From a bacterium (lineage in GTDB: Bacteria > Sysuimicrobiota > Sysuimicrobiia > Sysuimicrobiales > Humicultoraceae): DNA of 16,123 bases. The position numbers and the translations under genes are program-made. The stretch lies in contig JBGQGY010000089.1 of NCBI GenBank assembly GCA_041497675.1, positions 1 to 16,123 of the forward strand, written 5' to 3'. Shown piece after piece: positions 9,718-15,690 of the stretch (its first letter is position 1; each line of letters starts with the position of its first letter). Under the pieces are notes generated by a model, which saw only the letters and a list, made by a program, of their open reading frames with translations, was not told the origin of the DNA and did no database searches.

Positions 9718-9794
9718 GGGCCCTTAGCTCAGGTGGTGAGAGCGCGCCCCTGATAAGGGCGAGGTCGGTGGTTCGAGTCCACCAGGGCCCACCA
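9718..9794 (+). tRNA. tRNA-Ile (GAT)
   Basis: Acceptor GGGCCCT/AGGGCCC, D-stem GCTC/GAGC, anticodon stem CGCCC/GGGCG with loop CTGATAA (GAT at 9752-9754), T-arm GGTGG-TTCGAGT-CCACC, encoded ACCA end. Confidence 0.98.
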
Positions 9795-9800
9795 TCGCAG
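9736..9800 (+). repeat. Direct repeat copy 1 (attL-like): tRNA-Ile 3' part plus TCGCAG
   Basis: 65 nt identical to 10635-10699 except G9744 vs A10643. Confidence 0.95.
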
Positions 9801-9954
9801 GAACGACGCGGGTTTCCACCTCTGACTCATTCGCCTGATTGTCTCGAAGGGCTAACCCTGCATGCCCCGCCGTGAGTCAACGCCCCGCCCTTAGATTGTC
9901 CAGCGGGCTCGCCCTCCTAAACTTCGCGCTCACGTCAGGCTTCGCTATCGGGAG

Positions 9955-9963
9955 TGGTACAAT
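9955..9963 (+). promoter_or_regulatory. Extended -10 promoter candidate (TG-n-TACAAT) inside the islet
   Basis: TGGTACAAT at 9955-9963, about 190 nt upstream of ATG 10154. The -35 is weak. Confidence 0.45.
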
Positions 9964-10153
9964 GGTCTTAGGCGAAGCGGCTGTGCTTCGTCTGATTTCT
10001 CCGTTCTTGGTTCCCCTCCCAGCCAATTGAGTATCGGTCTGCCGAGCGTGGTCGGGGAGTCGGCCTATGGTCGAGGTGGTCGGCTCTGTTCCGAGCTTAC
10101 TAGCACGGATCGTTACGGACCGGTAAGGAGATGCTATCAGGGAGGTATTGTCA

Positions 10154-10504
10154 ATGAAACCAGAAACTGCGGGGATGATGAAGCATGGAATTTGGGGCGC
10201 GATTTTCGGCGCAGTCATCGCAATAATCGTCGGCTTTGCGTGGGGTGGTTGGGCAACCAGGGGTACTTCCCGAGGGATGGCCGAAGAGGCGGTCTTGGCG
10301 ACTCGGGCGGCAGTCTGTGTCGCCCAGTTTATGAAGCAACCGAACGCTCAAGAGAAACTCAAAGAATTGAAGGCCATAAGTTCCTATGAGAGAGCTACCT
10401 TCATTGAGAAGGGTGGCTGGGACAAAATGCCCGGGGAAGACAAGGCGAGCTACACTGTCAGCCGAGCATGCGCCGACGGGCTTGAACTTCTTATGGCGAA
10501 ATAG
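10154..10504 (+). CDS. Conserved hypothetical membrane-anchored protein (GFxWGGW...C...FIEKGGWxxMPG...AC)
   Basis: SD GGAGGT at 10141-10146, ATG at 10154, an N-terminal TM helix and two Cys. It resembles an uncharacterised family I recall mostly from Alphaproteobacteria (unverified). Confidence 0.8.
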   Translation: MKPETAGMMKHGIWGAIFGAVIAIIVGFAWGGWATRGTSRGMAEEAVLATRAAVCVAQFMKQPNAQEKLKELKAISSYERATFIEKGGWDKMPGEDKASYTVSRACADGLELLMAK

Positions 10505-10564
10505 GCGAGGCTCACCAGGATGTATTTGTGTTTACGTTGAGCAAGTCTCCGACACTCAGTCGTT

Positions 10565-10600
10565 GAGGGCAGGAGTCATCGCCTGCCCTCCTTCTGTTGT
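10565..10600 (+). terminator. Rho-independent terminator of the islet gene
   Basis: Perfect 9-bp stem GAGGGCAGG (10565-10573) / CCTGCCCTC (10582-10590), followed by CTTCTGTTGT. Confidence 0.7.
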
Positions 10601-10634
10601 GGCCCTTCGTAATTGCTTCAATCCCCCGCCAATC

Positions 10635-10699
10635 GTGAGAGCACGCCCCTGATAAGGGCGAGGTCGGTGGTTCGAGTCCACCAGGGCCCACCATCGCAG
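10635..10699 (+). repeat. Direct repeat copy 2 (attR-like): truncated or pseudo tRNA-Ile
   Basis: GTGAGAGCACGCCCCTGATAAGGGCGAGGTCGGTGGTTCGAGTCCACCAGGGCCCACCATCGCAG. The canonical 5' 18 nt of the tRNA are not present contiguously. Confidence 0.95.
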
Positions 10700-10723
10700 T
10701 CCCCACAAGCGTTTCAGCCAGTC

Positions 10724-10754
10724 GCGGGTTGCCTGCCTCGCAAGGTGGGCCCGC
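10724..10754 (+). terminator. GC-rich hairpin after the tRNA fragment (possibly the displaced tRNA trailer hairpin)
   Basis: GCGGGTTGCCT...AGGTGGGCCCGC pairs using G-U wobbles. There is no U-tail. Confidence 0.35.
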
Positions 10755-10865
10755 ACCAACTCCGCCACTACGCGGCGACCTCGAACGGGCAGGAAGATCA
10801 GGTGACCAAATCACCGGTTACACTACACAGGAAGAACTCAAACTTGTCACAGGGGGTGTCCTCCC

Positions 10866-11375
10866 GTGGATTTCGGGTTGCTCATTCTGCGGCTTGCGGT
10901 GGGGCTACTGCTGGCCGGTCACGGTGCCCAGAAGCTCTTCGGTTGGTTTGGTGGGCACGGTCTCCCGGGCACTTCGGGATGGCTCGCCTCCATCGGCTTT
11001 CGCCCGGCCCGGTTCTGGGCGTTGACAGTCGGAGTCTGCGAGTTCGGCGGTGGCCTTCTTCTTGCTCTAGGATTCTTTAGCCCTCTGGGGTCGCTCGGCA
11101 TCGCCGCATCGATGATGACTGCCATCTCGAAGGTTCACTGGCCGAAAATCTGGGCAAGTGAGGGGGGCATCGAACTTGCGTTGGTTGACCTCGTGGTAGT
11201 CATCGCCGTGGGCATCGCGGGGCCGGGGAAGGTCTCACTGGATGGTGCGCTTGGCACAGCATTCCCCGCACCCTTGGCCGTCGTGGGTGCGGGGCTCGTC
11301 TTGGTCGGGTGGATCATTGCAGTGGTCACCTCGGCAAAACGCCCGGCACAGCAGGCGCCACGCGAGGCGCGCTAG
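10866..11375 (+). CDS. DoxX-family membrane protein
   Basis: GLLILRLAVGLLLAGHGAQKLFGWFGGHG, EFGGGLLLALG, GGIE, GPGKVSLD. GTG start preceded by AGGGGGTG. Confidence 0.93.
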   Translation: MDFGLLILRLAVGLLLAGHGAQKLFGWFGGHGLPGTSGWLASIGFRPARFWALTVGVCEFGGGLLLALGFFSPLGSLGIAASMMTAISKVHWPKIWASEGGIELALVDLVVVIAVGIAGPGKVSLDGALGTAFPAPLAVVGAGLVLVGWIIAVVTSAKRPAQQAPREAR

Positions 11376-11619
11376 GCTGGGCGACGCGGACGCGGGCCAC
11401 ACCCAGCGGGGTGAGCATGTTGATCGTCTCCCCCACGCGGGAGACGCGTTCGATCAGGCCCTGATCCCGGGCTGCTCGACGTCCAGCGACGACGCGATCG
11501 ATGGACAGACCGGTGAGCTGGACGATACGGTGATCGGTCAGGCCGTGTCGAAACCACGCACTTTCCTCGTGCAGCGCCGCCAAGACGCGGGCGGCGTCCG
11601 GCGCGAGCTCGGGCTTCAT
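11326..11619 (-). CDS. Small winged-helix-like protein
   Basis: Strong SD (GGAGGGGGT) before the ATG. The pattern RVLAAL...LTDHRIVQLTGLSIDRV...DQGLIER...MLTPLG is typical of wHTH (MarR-like wing end LTxxG). Confidence 0.6.
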   Translation of the reverse strand: MKPELAPDAARVLAALHEESAWFRHGLTDHRIVQLTGLSIDRVVAGRRAARDQGLIERVSRVGETINMLTPLGVARVRVAQPSAPRVAPAVPGVLPR

Positions 11620-11814
11620 GTGCGTACCCCCTCCGGCATCGAGGGTTCATCCGTTCAAGCAATTCAAATGGTAGGGGCAAGCAGGCCGCCTGCCTATCCT
11701 CCGACCGGTTGAGACCGGCTCGTTCGGACGGGTGGGCGGACTACAGAAGGAGATCTATGGAGAACTCGTCAAGTTGATACGTGAAGGGCAGATCTCAAGC
11801 GGGAGGACGATCAC

Positions 11815-12372
11815 GTGAGCCGCACCATCCCATTCAGCCGGAACTATTCCGATCTGAGCACGCAACAGGGTTTCCAGTTTGAGTTCTTCTGCAACCGCTG
11901 CAGCACGGGAGCTCGCACCCACTTCAAGAGCACCCTCACCGGCGCGGTGAGCGGGGCGATGGGCGCCGCGGGCAGCCTCCTGGGCGGGATCTTCGGCAGG
12001 GCGGCGGACCTCACGGAGCGTGTCCGCTCGGCGAGTTGGGAGAAGGGGCACGATGCAGCGTTCGAGGAAGCTGTGCAAGAGATGAAGGAAGAGTTCATGC
12101 AATGCCCGCGGTGCTCCACGTGGGTGTGCAAGCAGAACTGCTGGAATGCCGAGAGAGGGCTCTGCAAGTCCTGCGCGTCCACCGTCGCCGTCGAGACGGC
12201 GACCGCGGCGTCGACGACGTGCGCGAGTTGCGGCGTCTCGCTGGCCGCGGCGGCCAAGTTTTGTCCCGACTGCGGGGCGAAGGTCCAGCCCAAGGACGTG
12301 TGCGCATCGTGTGGGGTCAAGCTCGCCCCCGGGGCGAAGTTCTGCCCCGACTGCGGCACCAAGGTCCAGTAG
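11815..12372 (+). CDS. Double zinc ribbon (multi-CxxC) protein
   Basis: SD GGGAGG at 11801-11806 and a GTG start. Motifs CNRC, CPRC, CKQNC, CKSC, plus two CASCG...AKFCPDCG units. Confidence 0.88.
   Translation: MSRTIPFSRNYSDLSTQQGFQFEFFCNRCSTGARTHFKSTLTGAVSGAMGAAGSLLGGIFGRAADLTERVRSASWEKGHDAAFEEAVQEMKEEFMQCPRCSTWVCKQNCWNAERGLCKSCASTVAVETATAASTTCASCGVSLAAAAKFCPDCGAKVQPKDVCASCGVKLAPGAKFCPDCGTKVQ
12220..12369 (+). repeat. Intragenic tandem duplication of a zinc-ribbon unit
   Basis: 12220-12288 and 12301-12369 encode CASCGVSLAAAAKFCPDCGAKVQ and CASCGVKLAPGAKFCPDCGTKVQ (19/23 aa identical). Confidence 0.85.
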
Positions 12373-12377
12373 CGCGG

Positions 12378-12881
12378 TTACGGCGCGGACGTGTCGGTAA
12401 GCTTCTGCCCCTGACGGTTCTCGATGTCCTGCGCGGCCCGCAGGCTGGCCTCGGCCAGTACCGCCATTGCCGCGCGAGTGTAATGCAGACCTAGAATCTC
12501 CCCGCCGGTGGCCGCGGCCTGACCGTACGCTTCGGCCTGGCGGCGCAGCAGCACTGGATCGCCGAGCGACAGGCGGCGACGTATGGCGACCAAGCCCCGC
12601 ATCGCACGCTCGTCACCTTGCGCGGACACGAGGATTTCCAGGTAGGCGTCCTGAGCTTCCATGAAACGTCCGGTGCGCAGCATCTCGGCGATTTGCGGGG
12701 GAGCCGATTCGGGTGCCGGCTGTTGGCGAATAGTTGGAGCCGGCTGATGGCGAATGATCGTCGTCGGCCCAAGTGGACGGCTGACGAAGAGAAACGGCCC
12801 GGGGCCAAACATAAAGGAAATCAGCAGACCGAGGGCGATGCCGCCAATACACACAGCCGGATAGGGCACACGTGTCGCCAT
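12378..12881 (-). CDS. Hypothetical membrane-anchored protein with a Pro-rich linker and a helical (TPR-like) domain
   Basis: ATG 12881 with GGGGTG upstream, a TM segment (AVCIGGIALGLLISFMFG), QPAP repeats, and a TPR-like helix pair GRFMEAQDAYLEIL...DERAMRGL. Confidence 0.6.
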   Translation of the reverse strand: MATRVPYPAVCIGGIALGLLISFMFGPGPFLFVSRPLGPTTIIRHQPAPTIRQQPAPESAPPQIAEMLRTGRFMEAQDAYLEILVSAQGDERAMRGLVAIRRRLSLGDPVLLRRQAEAYGQAAATGGEILGLHYTRAAMAVLAEASLRAAQDIENRQGQKLTDTSAP

Positions 12882-13001
12882 TAGGGGGCACCCCAGCCCT
12901 AAGACGTATTTGCCCAAGAAGCCAGGATCCCAACCCTTCCGGCAGGAGGATCGGAGATCGTTTGCTATGGGTCGAACACGTTCGAGATCACGCCCGGTAT
13001 T

Positions 13002-13760
13002 CTATGGAACTTCCCCAAAACCTCCAAGGCGGCCGTGCAGGTGGAGGAGCCCGGTCACGGACTCCAGGCGGTAGTGCCAGGTTTCGCCGTCGCGCCAGAC
13101 CACGTCGCGGAGCACCGCACCGCCCGTGGCGGCCGTGTGATACTGCAGATCGTAGGTGCGTGGATATCCGGCCAGCGCGGCAGTCCCCCCGCCACGCCGT
13201 ACCGCGTCATCCAGCAGGTCGATGTACACGGCGTTGTTGGCGTGCTCCATCGCGTCGGTATCGCTTGCCCGAACCCTCAGCGCAGACCACACCGAACCCC
13301 TCGGCACGGCAACGTCAGGCAGCGGCAGCGGGGCGATCGGTTTGGCAAACCCGGGAGACGCACTCGCGAAATCGTCGGGGACGCGGACCGGGGTCGTGCC
13401 CTGCTGCGTGAAGATCCAATCGACGACGGCAGACGCCACCAGCGCGTCGTCACCGGCCCGTCTGATCTCATTCCGGCGGCGCGCCATCACGCGCCGCGTG
13501 CCGGCCACCTGCGTGGTCGCGCGTAGATCTTCGCCGTATCGTGCCGGCGCGTGCACGATCAGGTGGACGCGCCGCACCAGCCAGAAGAGGCGGTGCGTCT
13601 CGTACCACGCCAGCGGATAGCCGAGCGCCGCCGAGTGCGCAAAGGCCAGGTCTTGGAGGTACCGTAGGTAGACGGCCGCGTGCACGGTGCCGCCGGGCCC
13701 GCACTCCTCGTAACGGACGCGGAACGTCAGCGTGAAGATGTCTCTCGGATCGCCGCCCAT
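13002..13760 (-). CDS. Acyl-ACP/acyl-CoA thioesterase (double hotdog fold)
   Basis: N-domain FRVRYEECGPGG...YLRYLQD...WLVRR. C-domain VRASDTDAMEHANNAVY. Confidence 0.88.
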   Translation of the reverse strand: MGGDPRDIFTLTFRVRYEECGPGGTVHAAVYLRYLQDLAFAHSAALGYPLAWYETHRLFWLVRRVHLIVHAPARYGEDLRATTQVAGTRRVMARRRNEIRRAGDDALVASAVVDWIFTQQGTTPVRVPDDFASASPGFAKPIAPLPLPDVAVPRGSVWSALRVRASDTDAMEHANNAVYIDLLDDAVRRGGGTAALAGYPRTYDLQYHTAATGGAVLRDVVWRDGETWHYRLESVTGLLHLHGRLGGFGEVP

Positions 13761-13833
13761 CGCTCAGTTGTCACACTAGCGAGGAGGAAGCCCAGGCGCA
13801 ATTGCCGGATAGTCATTTCAGGAGGGTGTAACC

Positions 13834-14547
13834 ATGGGTGACCTTCAGGAACAGACGGCGGCGATCGTCGGAGCGGGGCGTGGGTTGGGGCGGGCGGCGG
13901 CAATCGCGCTGGCCCGGGCCGGCGCCGACGTGGTGATCGCAAGCCGGACCAGATCGGAGCTCGACGCGGTGGCCGCGGAAATCGCGCAGGCGGGCGGGCA
14001 CGCGCGCGTCGTGGTGGCCGACGCCTCACGCGAGAGCGACGCCGACCTTATCGTAAGCGCGGCCATCGACGGACGCGGGCGGCTCGACCTGCTGATGGTC
14101 TGCGCGGGCGCGGCGCTGATCAAGCCGACGCCCGAAGTCACGCTGGCCGAGTGGGAGCACGTCTTTGCGATGAATACGCGGTCGGTCTTCCTGACCAACC
14201 GCGCGGCGCTGCGGCCGATGCTGGCGGCGGGCCACGGGTTGATCATCAACGTGGCCTCGCGGGCCGGCATCACGGGCGCGCCCAACGTCACGGCGTACAC
14301 AGGGGCCAAGGCTGCGGTGATCGGATTCTCGCGGGCGCTGGCGCTCGAGGTGAAGACACGCGGGGTCCGCGTGGCCTGTCTGGCTCCGGCGCCGATGGAC
14401 ACCCCGATGCGGTGGGCGGCCACACCCGGCTACGATCCGGCGCGGTTGATCTCGACCGACGCGGTGGTGGATCTGGTATTGTACCTGGCGCGGCGCCCCG
14501 ACGTGACGTTCGAAGATCCGGTGGTGCCGATGTCGATCCGCGCGTGA
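13834..14547 (+). CDS. SDR-family NAD(P)-dependent oxidoreductase
   Basis: GAGRGLG Rossmann motif, IINVAS and catalytic YTGAK. SD AGGAGG upstream. Confidence 0.93.
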   Translation: MGDLQEQTAAIVGAGRGLGRAAAIALARAGADVVIASRTRSELDAVAAEIAQAGGHARVVVADASRESDADLIVSAAIDGRGRLDLLMVCAGAALIKPTPEVTLAEWEHVFAMNTRSVFLTNRAALRPMLAAGHGLIINVASRAGITGAPNVTAYTGAKAAVIGFSRALALEVKTRGVRVACLAPAPMDTPMRWAATPGYDPARLISTDAVVDLVLYLARRPDVTFEDPVVPMSIRA

Positions 14548-14569
14548 TGCATCCGGCCGGGACGCGCGG

Positions 14570-14575
14570 TATAAT
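14570..14575 (+). promoter_or_regulatory. -10 box (TATAAT) for tRNA-Ala
   Basis: Perfect TATAAT 9 nt before the tRNA 5' end. The -35 is weak. Confidence 0.7.
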
Positions 14576-14584
14576 CAAAATATT

Positions 14585-14661
14585 GGGGACGTAGCTCAGC
14601 CCGGGAGAGCACCTCGTTCGCAACGAGGGGGTCGGCGGTTCGAATCCGCTCGTCTCCACCA
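14585..14661 (+). tRNA. tRNA-Ala (CGC)
   Basis: Acceptor GGGGACG/CGTCTCC with the G3:U70 alanine identity pair, anticodon stem CCTCG/CGAGG, loop TTCGCAA (CGC at 14619-14621), TTCGAAT T-loop, ACCA end. Confidence 0.98.
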
Positions 14662-14673
14662 GAGAATCTTCAG

Positions 14674-14703
14674 GCAGGGCGCTGGCTTCGGTCGGCGCCC
14701 TGC
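14674..14703 (+). terminator. Stable hairpin/terminator after tRNA-Ala
   Basis: 13-bp stem GCAGGGCGCTGGC / GTCGGCGCCCTGC (two G-U pairs) closed by a C(UUCG)G tetraloop. It lies between convergent transcription units. Confidence 0.7.
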
Positions 14704-14722
14704 GTCCTTACCGTGGCGGATG

Positions 14723-15046
14723 TTAGCTTGGTTTCAGGATGGTGTACCCACCGATGATCGGCAGCGGTTTCGCTTCGCCGCGGACCGCCCACACGACGCT
14801 CATGATGAACAGAACGAAGCCGAGGAGTTGCAACAGGGCGCCAAGTATCCACCCCAGGATGGGAATAATCATCAAAACTGCGGCCGCAATGTGGACGAAC
14901 ACGCGCAGCAGGCTTTGATTGGCCCAATGCATCGCAAACGGGGAGTGCTTGGCATCGGTCAGGAGAGGGAGGAAAAAGATGAAGCATGCCGCTATGGCCA
15001 TGCCCTTGTTTTTCTCGACGTCATCACTCTTAACAACGGTACTCAA
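14723..15046 (-). CDS. DUF4870/Tic20-like small membrane protein
   Basis: TTG start at 15046 with a perfect SD GGAGGTG. Motifs DVEKNKGMAIAAC, SPFAMHWANQSL, IIPILGW, GEAKPLPIIG. Confidence 0.8.
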   Translation of the reverse strand: MSTVVKSDDVEKNKGMAIAACFIFFLPLLTDAKHSPFAMHWANQSLLRVFVHIAAAVLMIIPILGWILGALLQLLGFVLFIMSVVWAVRGEAKPLPIIGGYTILKPS

Positions 15047-15106
15047 GTTCAGCCACCTCCGCTTTGTCATGCCATATCGGACCGGCTTAGGGTAATACTG
15101 TTCCCC

Positions 15107-15589
15107 ATGCCGATTTCCTGCTCGAAGCCTTGGAAGGCTGCGGTGATCCTTGTGTTGGTGGCCGTGCTGATGACGTCGCGCGGGGGGCCGCCGGTCCTGG
15201 CGCGGTCGTGCACTCCGACGCGCGCGGACCTCCTCGGACCCTACTACAAACCCGGGGCGCCGGTCCGGTCGCACGTGGGATCGGGCTACATCCTCACAGG
15301 GACGGTTCGCGCGGCCTCGGATTGTGCGCCGGTGGCTCTGGCCCGCTTGGAGTTCTGGCTCACCGGTCCGGATGGCCGGTACATTGACGATCGCCGAGCG
15401 ACGGTGCTGTCCGATGCTCAGGGCCACTATCGATTCGAGAGCAGCTTCCCTGCGCCATATGCAGGTGTGCAACCCCACATCCACGTGCGGGTGAGCGCGA
15501 AAGGCTACCGAACCCTCGCCACGCGGTACTTTCCGCCCGCCCGGCAGCCTGAAGGAACCTTTGACCTGGTGTTGGTCCGCGCGAGGTGA
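15107..15589 (+). CDS. Secreted intradiol ring-cleavage dioxygenase-like protein
   Basis: Signal-peptide-like N-terminus, then GPYY, LTGTV, GRY, SDAQGHYRFES, PAPY, PHIH (the two Tyr and two His iron ligands). The start codon is uncertain. Confidence 0.8.
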   Translation: MPISCSKPWKAAVILVLVAVLMTSRGGPPVLARSCTPTRADLLGPYYKPGAPVRSHVGSGYILTGTVRAASDCAPVALARLEFWLTGPDGRYIDDRRATVLSDAQGHYRFESSFPAPYAGVQPHIHVRVSAKGYRTLATRYFPPARQPEGTFDLVLVRAR

Positions 15590-15598
15590 TCCGACATA

Positions 15599-15627
15599 TT
15601 GCACCTGCGGGCAATGTGTGCCATAAT
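15599..15627 (+). promoter_or_regulatory. Sigma70-type promoter for the cold-shock gene
   Basis: TTGCAC (15599-15604), a 17-nt spacer, then CATAAT (15622-15627), with an extended TG at 15619-15620. Confidence 0.75.
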
Positions 15628-15690
15628 GCAACAGCATCGCAGAAGAAAGTCAGGTCTGTGGTAGCTTAGTAGGAAAAGGTGGTTAGGAGC

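Larger units (their letters stand above)
9736..10699. mobile_element. tRNA-Ile-integrated genomic islet (899-bp unit, no integrase)
   Basis: Flanked by 65-nt direct repeats of the tRNA 3' end. The interior is AT-richer than the flanks (e.g. 27/60 G+C at 10321-10380) and holds one convincing CDS. Confidence 0.7.

Noticed and set aside
9839..10389. ORFs 9839-10030, 9877-10218 and 10027-10389 as an integrase remnant or extra cargo
   Set aside because: No tyrosine-recombinase (R...HxxR...Y) or serine-recombinase motifs, no SD, and no protein-like features.
10635..10693. Second functional canonical tRNA-Ile gene
   Set aside because: It lacks the canonical 5' acceptor/D-arm geometry and the conserved D-loop GG. 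It is kept only as an att copy or tRNA-like candidate.
12972..12985. Palindrome TCGAAC-AC-GTTCGA as a Gram-positive LexA (Cheo) box
   Set aside because: The spacer is 2 nt rather than the required GAAC-N4-GTTC, and it is not upstream of a repair gene. It may still be some other operator.
14720..15637. Full-length overlapping ORFs 14720-15589 (+) and 14723-15637 (-)
   Set aside because: Each is one real gene extended through the antisense of its divergent neighbour. The true starts are near 15107 (+) and 15046 (-).
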